Positions 16,536-23,820 of a DNA stretch of 37,340 nucleotides are shown here, in pieces. A model generated the notes under the pieces. The model ran no database searches. It was not told the origin of the DNA and saw only the letters and a list, made by a program, of their open reading frames with translations. Made by a program: the position numbers and the translations under genes. The DNA comes from a virus (taxonomy: Duplodnaviria > Caudoviricetes), in IMG/VR virus record IMGVR_UViG_3300020181_000008, positions 1-37,340 of that record. One strand, given 5' to 3'. Every line of letters begins with the position of its first letter. The stretch's first letter is position 1.

Positions 16536-16744
16536 TATGCTACAATCCTGGCAATTGTTTTTTTGATCTCGGCTTGCAAATCTAATAGCTCGTCCAGAGA
16601 TATATAGGCTAGAGTCTCATAGCGCTGGCCTTCCTGCTTCAAGCCTTCTTGCTCGATCCACAGCTCAGCATTGCGCGTATCTGTAGCTCGATAGCTCAGT
16701 TTTATAGTGGTCGGCTTGCCGCCAAACCCTGCTTTTATAGTCAT
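16535..16744 (-). CDS. Hypothetical protein
   Basis: Probable ATG at 16744 overlapping the helicase stop (ATGA). Confidence 0.6.
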   Translation of the reverse strand: MTIKAGFGGKPTTIKLSYRATDTRNAELWIEQEGLKQEGQRYETLAYISLDELLDLQAEIKKTIARIVA

Positions 16745-17973
16745 ACTTCCGCCTTCCATAATTTATCGTTAAAATCTCGCTTTTCACGCAAGCAGCGCCA
16801 AATATCCCGATCCACCGTATTTTTGACATTGAACAGGTAATACAGGCACTTCTTGGTCTGGCCGTTCCGGTGCGTGCGGCCAATACTTTGTTCGAACTCC
16901 TGGTAAGAATATGTCGGACTGAAATATATCGTTACATTGGCCCACTGAAGGTTTAAGCCGGTACTGGCGCTCTTGTAGTGCGCGACCAGGACAGTGTTAT
17001 CTAGCTTGGCGTCGGCCGTAGGTAAAACATCATGCTCCTCGCCGTCATAGCGCATAATATGCTTGTCGGTCTTGGCCAGGGCTTTTAAGATCGCCTTGCG
17101 CTCGGATATGTAATTGTAAAATATCACTATATTGTCTGAAGTGTCGTTGACCACTGACAATAACTGGTCTAGCCGCCCATTTGTGGTTGACTGCCTAAGA
17201 ACAGAGAGCAAGCGGCTAGAGTTATCCAGCAATTCATCAGTGTTAGGGTGTTTGCGGGCCACCTTACACGTTGCATAGATCTTAGCGTCCTTTTGTGGCA
17301 ACGTGATATTTACGGCCATCAGGCGGCGGCTCGGTAGCTCTGCGGCCTGTTCGCGTGATAGCTTATAGGCGGTGCGCCTTAGCTGGCCCTCAAGCTGGGG
17401 AATATTGTTATAGCCAATAATTTCAGGAAAGCCCTTAAAGTCTTGGATTCGGCAATATTTATTCTTAAACTCGGTGATCCCTTTCGTAAAGCCAAACAAT
17501 TTAGAGTAGCCAGCGAAGTCAATCCAGCCGTTAGGCATTGGCGTCCCTGATAGGCCAATAAACAGGCCGCCGCTCTGCTTTATTTCAAGTATGGCCCGGC
17601 TCTGCTTGCTCTGCGGATTCTTGAGCGCGTGGCACTCGTCAGCAATAACATCATAAATAGTGCCGCCATTGCGTGCGCCAGTGAATTGCCAGTGGCGCGG
17701 CCGCTTGGTGTCTTTGTCCTTTAAGCGTAAGCTCTCGTAACTAATATAGGTGATGTCTGGCATGGCCAGGCCAAACCACCGGACGGCTTCGCTCTCCCAG
17801 TCGCCAGTTCGAATCTTTGAAGCTGGAGCCACAATCAGTAGCTTGCGGCCGGTATTCTGCCGCTCCCAGTGTGCCAGGCTCATAAGAGTTTTGCCTGTCC
17901 CCAGGTCTGCGGCCATAATGCAACTGGCCGGAAGCCGGGCTAGGTACTGCTCTTGATAGGGATATAATTGCAT
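16741..17973 (-). CDS. SNF2-like SF2 helicase
   Basis: LYPYQ, DLGTGKT, DECH, LSGTP, TGLNLQ, QSIGRTHRNGQ. Confidence 0.93.
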   Translation of the reverse strand: MQLYPYQEQYLARLPASCIMAADLGTGKTLMSLAHWERQNTGRKLLIVAPASKIRTGDWESEAVRWFGLAMPDITYISYESLRLKDKDTKRPRHWQFTGARNGGTIYDVIADECHALKNPQSKQSRAILEIKQSGGLFIGLSGTPMPNGWIDFAGYSKLFGFTKGITEFKNKYCRIQDFKGFPEIIGYNNIPQLEGQLRRTAYKLSREQAAELPSRRLMAVNITLPQKDAKIYATCKVARKHPNTDELLDNSSRLLSVLRQSTTNGRLDQLLSVVNDTSDNIVIFYNYISERKAILKALAKTDKHIMRYDGEEHDVLPTADAKLDNTVLVAHYKSASTGLNLQWANVTIYFSPTYSYQEFEQSIGRTHRNGQTKKCLYYLFNVKNTVDRDIWRCLREKRDFNDKLWKAEV

Positions 17974-18071
17974 ATCAGCTCCAAAGTTATGTTTAATAAA
18001 ATACTATTGAATAGGATTGCGTCAAAGAAGATTATCCAGCCGAAGATCGCGGCCCACTTAAGCAACCTCAT
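17940..18071 (-). CDS. 43-aa membrane peptide
   Basis: MRLLKWAAIFGWIIFFDAILFNSILLNITLELICNYIPIKSST. Confidence 0.4.
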   Translation of the reverse strand: MRLLKWAAIFGWIIFFDAILFNSILLNITLELICNYIPIKSST

Positions 18072-18159
18072 GTTGACGCCTATATTTTGGTTTTAGTATT
18101 TTTCTTTTGCGTATCTGTTGGCGCATTGGTTTGCGCGGTATGCCCTTCTCGTATGCCAT
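18058..18159 (-). CDS. 33-aa basic peptide
   Basis: MAYEKGIPRKPMRQQIRKRKILKPKYRRQHEVA; TGATG coupling. Confidence 0.4.
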   Translation of the reverse strand: MAYEKGIPRKPMRQQIRKRKILKPKYRRQHEVA

Positions 18160-18524
18160 CATAGCCATTGCCTATATTTCCCACTATTGTAAACCGACCA
18201 CGCGCCGTAGCCTTGGCCCTTCCAGATACGGTGAGCGCACTCGACGTTGACTTTGATGTCATGAGCGTCGCACCCCTCGCGACCTGGCAGGATCCGAACC
18301 TGTAATACAGAAACGGAGTAGCCATAAGTCCGGCCGTCAATTTGATATGTTAAATGGCCATCACCTGTAGCGTCATAGCGGCAGCCGGATTCGGCTTGAG
18401 CTATAGCAGTCATGGTATTCACGTCCCAGTCGGGATATTTTGCCACTTCCTGCCTAACAGCTTCGCAACCTGTTACTGGTGTGGTCGGCGGATTTATTGG
18501 CGCTGGGTCAGTCGGCAGCGCCAC
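18159..18524 (-). CDS. Lytic transglycosylase / lysozyme-like domain (probably expressed as a frameshift fusion)
   Basis: AIAQAESG (catalytic Glu), SVSVLQV, NVECAHRIW, GYGAWSVY; GTG start lacks an SD. Confidence 0.8.
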   Translation of the reverse strand: MALPTDPAPINPPTTPVTGCEAVRQEVAKYPDWDVNTMTAIAQAESGCRYDATGDGHLTYQIDGRTYGYSVSVLQVRILPGREGCDAHDIKVNVECAHRIWKGQGYGAWSVYNSGKYRQWL

Positions 18525-18529
18525 CGCCG

Positions 18530-18751
18530 TTATTTTACCGTTGGAGCCGCTTCAGCTTTTGGAGCTACAGCAGACACCGCCTTGTCAATGTCGGCCTGGT
18601 GCTGGTTTGCAAAATACATACCGGCCACGAAAGCCACGATTGAAGCTACCAGGACAGCGATCACGATATCTTTGAAGTGTTCGCCCTTGGTCTTTGCGTA
18701 CTTTTTGGCTGGCTTGCTAGGCTCGGCCTGATTAGTTTTATTGTTAGACAT
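18530..18751 (-). CDS. Single-TM membrane protein
   Basis: ATG at 18751 with SD GGAAGG; TM IVIAVLVASIVAFVAGMYF; ends G GTA AAA TAA. Confidence 0.7.
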   Translation of the reverse strand: MSNNKTNQAEPSKPAKKYAKTKGEHFKDIVIAVLVASIVAFVAGMYFANQHQADIDKAVSAVAPKAEAAPTVK

Positions 18752-18834
18752 TTCTGTCCTTCCCACCGCTTAGCGGTATTTATTTTAATGGTGGATTGTC
18801 TAGTTTTAGGGCTTCACAATCATCGGCCACGATA

Positions 18835-19035
18835 TCAGTAAGGAAAGTCCCCTTCTGAAAATATGCAAGTTTCATCAACCAGATCGTCCAATTGATCGTC
18901 TGACTGCTCTTGATAGATTCGCAAATTGGTGTAACCCTCTGAGCGCCACTGTTTAATTGCTTGCTTCGCTTCGGCTTCCGTATCAAACCAATCGTCTCGA
19001 CAATCAGTAAATGCGTGGTAAGTAGTAACAATCAT
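18835..19035 (-). CDS. 66-aa acidic early protein
   Basis: ATG at 19035 just after the upstream stop; Asp/Glu-rich. Confidence 0.6.
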   Translation of the reverse strand: MIVTTYHAFTDCRDDWFDTEAEAKQAIKQWRSEGYTNLRIYQEQSDDQLDDLVDETCIFSEGDFPY

Positions 19036-19036
19036 A

Positions 19037-19651
19037 TTATTTGCCTTCCGCTTTCGGTGTGTTAGGTTCGACTTGATCGGGTGTGAAATATACTGCCGCC
19101 GCCCGGCCGCCTTTGGCTGTTTTGCCGTCAACGTCCGTTTCATATTCATCAGCTACGAAGGTCCAAACACTGAGCTGTCCCTTTTCACCCTTCCGCACAT
19201 GATAGCCGCGTGTCAGCCATTGTTTGAAGGTCCCGCGCTCCCAGTCATCAGCCGGGCGCTTAGGCTGGACCGCGAACAGCTCAGCCATAGTCTTTTTGAC
19301 TGGCGCTGGCTTGCTATATCCGCCCTTGTGGTAACGCGAAGCGTTGCCGCCTAGTTTCGCGTTGATGTCTTTCCAGGCTTGGCCATGCCACACAGCCTTT
19401 CCGGTCTGATTATTCTGCTCTGCGATTGCGTGAGCCAATTCATGTATAAGCGTCTGTTCGACCTCATCAGGGCTGGCATTTTCAACAAAATGCTCATGCA
19501 TAACGATCTTATTAAGGCCATGCTGGTAATAGGCCAGCTTATTGCCATAAACATTATCAACGAACAGCTTTGGCGTCTCGACTTTATAGCCCTGCCGATA
19601 GGCATAATTGACTAGATTGTCTAGCTTAATTTTCAGGTCAACGTATTGCAT
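19037..19651 (-). CDS. SprT-like metalloprotease fused to an ArdC-like ssDNA-binding motif
   Basis: TLIHELAHA and WHGQAWK (SprT); TFKQWLTRGYHVRKGEKG (ArdC-N-like); SD AAAGGTG. Confidence 0.8.
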   Translation of the reverse strand: MQYVDLKIKLDNLVNYAYRQGYKVETPKLFVDNVYGNKLAYYQHGLNKIVMHEHFVENASPDEVEQTLIHELAHAIAEQNNQTGKAVWHGQAWKDINAKLGGNASRYHKGGYSKPAPVKKTMAELFAVQPKRPADDWERGTFKQWLTRGYHVRKGEKGQLSVWTFVADEYETDVDGKTAKGGRAAAVYFTPDQVEPNTPKAEGK

Positions 19652-19674
19652 AGTTTTTTACACCTTTACTATGT

Positions 19675-19789
19675 GATGATCTCACGCTTGCCAAGTACGT
19701 TATTTCTAGCGTATCGGTTTGCCTTCCTGAAGCGGAAGTGTCTCATTTGGCCGCTAAGTGCTACGCTCTTTGGCAAGTGAGAGATCACC
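19675..19789 (-). ncRNA. Long structured 5' leader element
   Basis: Outer stem GAUCUCUCACUUGCCAA / UUGGCAAGCGUGAGAUC with internal hairpins. Confidence 0.55.
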
Positions 19790-19802
19790 TTAATTAATAT
19801 GG

Positions 19803-19841
19803 GTAAGCAGTTTTTGATTCAATCACTTGCTCAGGTGATTC
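19803..19841 (-). promoter_or_regulatory. H-type pseudoknot candidate in early leader
   Basis: AAUCAC-CUGAGCAA-GUGAUU then AAAAAC-UGCU, which is complementary to loop AGCA. Confidence 0.5.
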
Positions 19842-19871
19842 GGCCAGCGTTCCTTTGCTTGACTGAACCCC

Positions 19872-19900
19872 ATTATAGGGCATGGATTAAAGTATGTCAA
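19872..19900 (-). promoter_or_regulatory. Early promoter P1
   Basis: Perfect TTGACA-17-TATAAT with an upstream A-tract. Confidence 0.9.
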
Positions 19901-19919
19901 TAGTTTTTTTAATGGTTTG

Positions 19920-20225
19920 ATAGTGTAACAGGGGCGAAAATGTGCAGATTACAACGCTTTTGAGGAAATAACAGAGGTAGTTTTATTAAATAATGTTACA
20001 GCTACTTGTCAAAACTTGCAATGTAGCTGTAACATTTTATAAATAGGTAGAACATGAGTTTCTAACAGATGCAACTAGGTCCGGTCAACACGCCCGGCGA
20101 ACAGGGAAAACTGCTGTTACAGCATCACCTGTTTACACTGAAAAAAAAAAAAGAATATGCCCATAGAAAAAATATCTCAGTATGACTCATTGTTCCTGTA
20201 ACAATGTAACAATTCTTTACAATGT
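19920..20225. repeat. TGTAACA iteron cluster (probable replication origin)
   Basis: TGTAACA/TGTTACA at 19924, 19994, 20028, 20115, 20197 and 20205; 14-bp inverted repeat 19992-20005/20023-20036; A12 run at 20141-20152. Confidence 0.6.
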
Positions 20226-20597
20226 TTCATCATATGCGTCAATGGTTGCATATGATAGATGATAGTCTACCCCTGTTATGGCGTGTCGCTCAATGAACAA
20301 TGTGCGACATGGTAGGTACGCATATAACATAATATGTATCATGTCAAATACAATTGCTTGTGCGTGGCGGTCAACGACTGGTGCGCCAGGTGTGGTCATA
20401 TGGACAACGCATAGAGGGGCGGGGGTGGTACATTTGCGGAGCGTTAGGAGCGTATACATCACTTCCCAGATTTTCTATAAAAAATTACAGAAACTTATTA
20501 GACCATAAAACTATTTCTTACGCAAACGCCTAAAAAATAACACCGCGAACCCTGCCGGGTCTGCTATAATTCGACTGTAGTTAAACAAGGATTTTTT

Positions 20598-21053
20598 ATG
20601 GCTAATTCAAAGAACGATGACAAGAAAACTAATCAGGAAGACGTTAAGGCTCGGCCACAGCATCAGGGCAAAGATCCACTGGCTGGTGGCGAGCGGCTTT
20701 ATAATGACCAGAATACGGAGTCTGCTACGCATTACCGGTCTGACGAGTCTGAGCTGAAGGCGGAGCGTTCGCCTAGCCAGGTTGCTAAGGACCAGGAAAA
20801 GGCTGACGCTGAGTCGCGCGAACGTGATGAGCAGATGAGCCAGACGGTCAACGACCAGGCTAAGTTGGACACTGTGGACACTAGCCAGGCTGACGACCAA
20901 GGGACTAAGGCTGACTTAGTGCCGCCTACTGGTGCGAATCGGGAAGCTGCCAAGCATAATGCGACTGCTGACTTGTCTCAGAAGGACTCGCTGGAAGCTA
21001 ACAAGTCTACCCCGGACGCTGCCGATAAGCCCGGCAAACCGGCTGACAAATAA
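20598..21053 (+). CDS. Hydrophilic, likely disordered protein
   Basis: D/K/Q/A-rich; TGCTATAAT upstream; SD AAGGA. Confidence 0.7.
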   Translation: MANSKNDDKKTNQEDVKARPQHQGKDPLAGGERLYNDQNTESATHYRSDESELKAERSPSQVAKDQEKADAESRERDEQMSQTVNDQAKLDTVDTSQADDQGTKADLVPPTGANREAAKHNATADLSQKDSLEANKSTPDAADKPGKPADK

Positions 21054-21108
21054 CCACTGACGCGCGATAGCACGTCAGACTGTCAATTAATTAAACGAAT
21101 AGGATTTT

Positions 21109-21249
21109 ATGGCCACTCCATTTACGAATCAGAATCTTGCTCATGCTAACCGCAAACAGCTTCGTGCTATTGCCCGGAATATTAACGTGCGGCAGGAATC
21201 GGCGATCATGACTACTCCCGGTCTTCGGACCGCAGTCAAAGCGAAATAG
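21109..21249 (+). CDS. 46-aa basic protein (Rho-N/HeH-like)
   Basis: MATPFTNQNLAHANRKQLRAIARNINVRQESAIMTTPGLRTAVKAK; same AGGATTTT RBS as the previous gene. Confidence 0.55.
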   Translation: MATPFTNQNLAHANRKQLRAIARNINVRQESAIMTTPGLRTAVKAK

Positions 21250-21291
21250 GTTGTGCTAAAATAGACTCACTAATTAAGGGGGTCTATTTTT

Positions 21292-21519
21292 ATGGCAGAT
21301 CAAACATTTGGCCAAAAGGCTATGGGCGTATCATTTAATCCAAGCGGCGACGAGAAAGTGGCCCGACTCAAAGAGCTTTACGCGGAAATTGCCGACATCT
21401 TAAATGATGATCGCGGCGACAATCGTGATGAGCGTGCGCGGCTCGCGAGCGTGGCAATTACTGAAGCTCAGGGCGCCCAGATGTGGGCAGTAAAAGCTGT
21501 AACTTTCGAGCGCGAATAG
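21292..21519 (+). CDS. Acb2/Tad1-like helical-hairpin protein
   Basis: FNPSG...RLASVAITEAQGAQMWAVKAVT pattern; own TGCTAAAAT promoter. Confidence 0.6.
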   Translation: MADQTFGQKAMGVSFNPSGDEKVARLKELYAEIADILNDDRGDNRDERARLASVAITEAQGAQMWAVKAVTFERE

Positions 21520-21568
21520 TGCTACACTAAAGAAAACAAACACATCGCGGCTTCATACACCTTCCTAT

Positions 21569-21602
21569 AAAAAGCCCAGGTTTTTGCGTTCCTGGGCTTT
21601 TT
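21569..21602. terminator. Bidirectional intrinsic terminator
   Basis: AAAAAGCCCAGG-loop-CCTGGGCTTTTT. Confidence 0.85.
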
Positions 21603-21623
21603 GCTTGTCTGGTTTACATTAAG

Positions 21624-21652
21624 TTGACATTGAAAAATTAGCGGTTTACAAT
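21624..21652 (+). promoter_or_regulatory. Sigma70 promoter for a leaderless transcript
   Basis: TTGACA-17-TACAAT, with ATG 7 nt downstream. Confidence 0.75.
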
Positions 21653-21659
21653 TCGATTT

Positions 21660-21863
21660 ATGGAAATACTTAAGCTGGCAAAGCTACCACTAGAAGCAGC
21701 AAGGTTTGCAGGAAAGCAATTGCTCGGTGGTGCTTGGGGTGAGCTGCCAGCTATGCCCCAGGGCGAGATTCGTCGTCCGGTCCGGGCAAGTATCAGTTAT
21801 TACAGCACCAGTCCTGAAGGGGCGCCTGTTGTGCCGGCAAATATTAGTCTCGGCGAGGAATGA
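21660..21863 (+). CDS. Hypothetical protein
   Basis: Directly after the promoter; ATGA-coupled to the next ORF. Confidence 0.6.
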   Translation: MEILKLAKLPLEAARFAGKQLLGGAWGELPAMPQGEIRRPVRASISYYSTSPEGAPVVPANISLGEE

Positions 21864-21958
21864 AATTGTGGCCAAAATACAGACGTGCATTGCTCGCGGT
21901 TGCGTGTTTGATTTTGGCCATACTATTAAGCACAGTTTTGAATATGTTGGACCGGTAG
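21860..21958 (+). CDS. 32-aa single-TM peptide
   Basis: MKLWPKYRRALLAVACLILAILLSTVLNMLDR. Confidence 0.5.
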   Translation: MKLWPKYRRALLAVACLILAILLSTVLNMLDR

Positions 21959-21962
21959 GGAC

Positions 21963-22196
21963 ATGAGCGACGCCGAAACTTTGCTGGAAACGAAAGAGCT
22001 GGATAGCCGCCAAAATGACGGCCTGACCGTTACGCTCTGGTGGGTCAAAAATACGATGGACACCTTCGTTACTGTACTCGATACCAAGACTCAGCCGCCA
22101 GTCGAGCATCATATTGACGTACCAAAAGGTGTTTTGCCGCACGCTGTTTATTATCACCCTATGGCATATTTGCCGGAAGATCCGAAGGCCGCATGA
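21963..22196 (+). CDS. Small hypothetical protein
   Basis: ELDSR..DGLTVTLWW...YYHPMAY resembles an uncharacterised family I recall from Actinobacteria. Confidence 0.6.
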   Translation: MSDAETLLETKELDSRQNDGLTVTLWWVKNTMDTFVTVLDTKTQPPVEHHIDVPKGVLPHAVYYHPMAYLPEDPKAA

Positions 22197-22828
22197 ATCA
22201 TTGGCTAGACTCGACGGTTAAAAATTATCTTCACTATTTTGGCGAGACTCAGGAGCCGGTTGTTTGGGAAGTCGGATCGCGCGATGGCGATGACGGCGTT
22301 GAGCTGGCTAAGCGCATTTATTCGGGGACTGAGTTTTGGGTAGACGCTACAATCGTGGCGCTTGAACCGAATCCGGACCAGGTTGAAGTTATCAAGGAGC
22401 GGCACCCGGAAGTCCAGATTTTTGAAGTGGCTGCCAGTAATGCAGTCGGGCGCGCACCGTTTATGGTTTATCATGGCGACGAAGGGGCGGTTGGATCCAG
22501 CTCGCTTAATTTGCGCTGGAAGGGGGACGATCTTGAGGGTCATGTTATTCACGTTGAAACTAATCGCCTTGAGCATCTTATTGGCTCTGATTCTATAGAT
22601 ATTATGAAAATTGATGTTGAGGGCCACAGTCTACAGGTTCTTGAGGGGCTGGCCGACAAGCTCAAACAGATTAAGGTTATGCATATCGAGACGGAAGAGT
22701 GGACCGGCAGCAATAAGGAAGTCGAAAAATATATGAAGTCTTGCGGCTGGACGCTGGTTGATGTGATGGAGCAATACGGCGGTATGCCGGATCAGGTCTG
22801 GATTAATTCGGCAATTCTTGCCGATTAG
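22193..22828 (+). CDS. FkbM-family SAM methyltransferase
   Basis: WEVGSRDG, ALEPNP, GSSSL, IDIMKIDVEGH..QVLEG. Confidence 0.88.
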   Translation: MNHWLDSTVKNYLHYFGETQEPVVWEVGSRDGDDGVELAKRIYSGTEFWVDATIVALEPNPDQVEVIKERHPEVQIFEVAASNAVGRAPFMVYHGDEGAVGSSSLNLRWKGDDLEGHVIHVETNRLEHLIGSDSIDIMKIDVEGHSLQVLEGLADKLKQIKVMHIETEEWTGSNKEVEKYMKSCGWTLVDVMEQYGGMPDQVWINSAILAD

Positions 22829-23774
22829 GTGGCTCGGTCCACTTCCAATTATAGTAGCTTGTATCTTGATAAGGTTCCCAGCGAAGCGCGCTAACTGGGA
22901 CCCGGCAAAATCCGGTCAGTTCGTCTTTGACGCCCAAGCCGACAATTAGCTCTTCGCCCTCTTTGCCTTCGGCCCAGAGTAGCGCGGACGCGAACTCGAT
23001 AGTCTCCTTGAGCTTTTCGCGCCAGCCGACGTTGAAGTGGAACATCTGACTATGATGTGTTAGTCGGCCGGTTTTGTCCCACTTGGCCGCGAGCGTCGCA
23101 TAAGTGCGCTCAGCCAGCACCGAAGTAACTATATGCATAAGCGATAAAAAGCCGTCTTCGTATTCGATTAGTGGCGTGCCGTTATGCAGGAATAAGTCGT
23201 TATCTTCGCCGATTATTTGGCCGTCCAGCACAATTTGAGTCGGCGAGTAGATGAAGTCGAATAGCCGCGCCGGTTTTTCTGGCGGCGACCAGTTTTTTTC
23301 GCTGTGATCGAACGGCATACCGAAGTCTTTAAGCAGTTTATAGGTGCCAGCTTCGTAGTCAATCAAGATCTCAGCTTGCCAGGACCGGTAGTCATGCTTC
23401 ATTGGCAGCAAAATTACGCCAATACCATGCAAACCGTCGTCGCGCCAGAACAGGCGGACGTCTTCGATGCCCCACTGGAAGTATTTGTACTCTTTTTCGG
23501 GCTTGACCTCTTTTAAGTCAGTAATTTCAAAGGTCTTTTCGTCAAACTTGCCGACGTGCAGGAAGTTTTGATAATGCATCGGGTGATTGTAGCCCTCTGG
23601 TCGGTGTGGCACATGAATACAGGACCGGATTGACGCCCAGATCTGGCCGCTTGGATCGCGTGCTAGGCCCGGATTATAGTGAACCTCGCCAGTAACGCCC
23701 TTGATTGGCGTGATGATGACTTCAGTATCTAACTTCTCGATATTCCCGTCTTTTACTAGCGTATTTATTCCCAT
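22803..23774 (-). CDS. Five-bladed beta-propeller glycosidase/phosphorylase-like (GH130-like) protein
   Basis: YNPGL, GIEDVRLF, EKNWSP, IEFASAL and GVKD motifs. Confidence 0.7.
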   Translation of the reverse strand: MGINTLVKDGNIEKLDTEVIITPIKGVTGEVHYNPGLARDPSGQIWASIRSCIHVPHRPEGYNHPMHYQNFLHVGKFDEKTFEITDLKEVKPEKEYKYFQWGIEDVRLFWRDDGLHGIGVILLPMKHDYRSWQAEILIDYEAGTYKLLKDFGMPFDHSEKNWSPPEKPARLFDFIYSPTQIVLDGQIIGEDNDLFLHNGTPLIEYEDGFLSLMHIVTSVLAERTYATLAAKWDKTGRLTHHSQMFHFNVGWREKLKETIEFASALLWAEGKEGEELIVGLGVKDELTGFCRVPVSALRWEPYQDTSYYNWKWTEPPNRQELPN

Positions 23775-23820
23775 GTGGTAATATTAGCACAAGTAATAAT
23801 AGGCAAAGGAGCGCTAAATT

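Noticed and set aside
19675-19789. Hammerhead ribozyme or c-di-GMP-I riboswitch
   Set aside because: It lacks the CUGANGA core, and GGCAAACC...GAAA is not followed by the GACGCAAAG consensus.
20217-20508. ORFs 20217-20462 and 20278-20508
   Set aside because: They are mutually antisense with no SD and atypical composition; probably non-coding.
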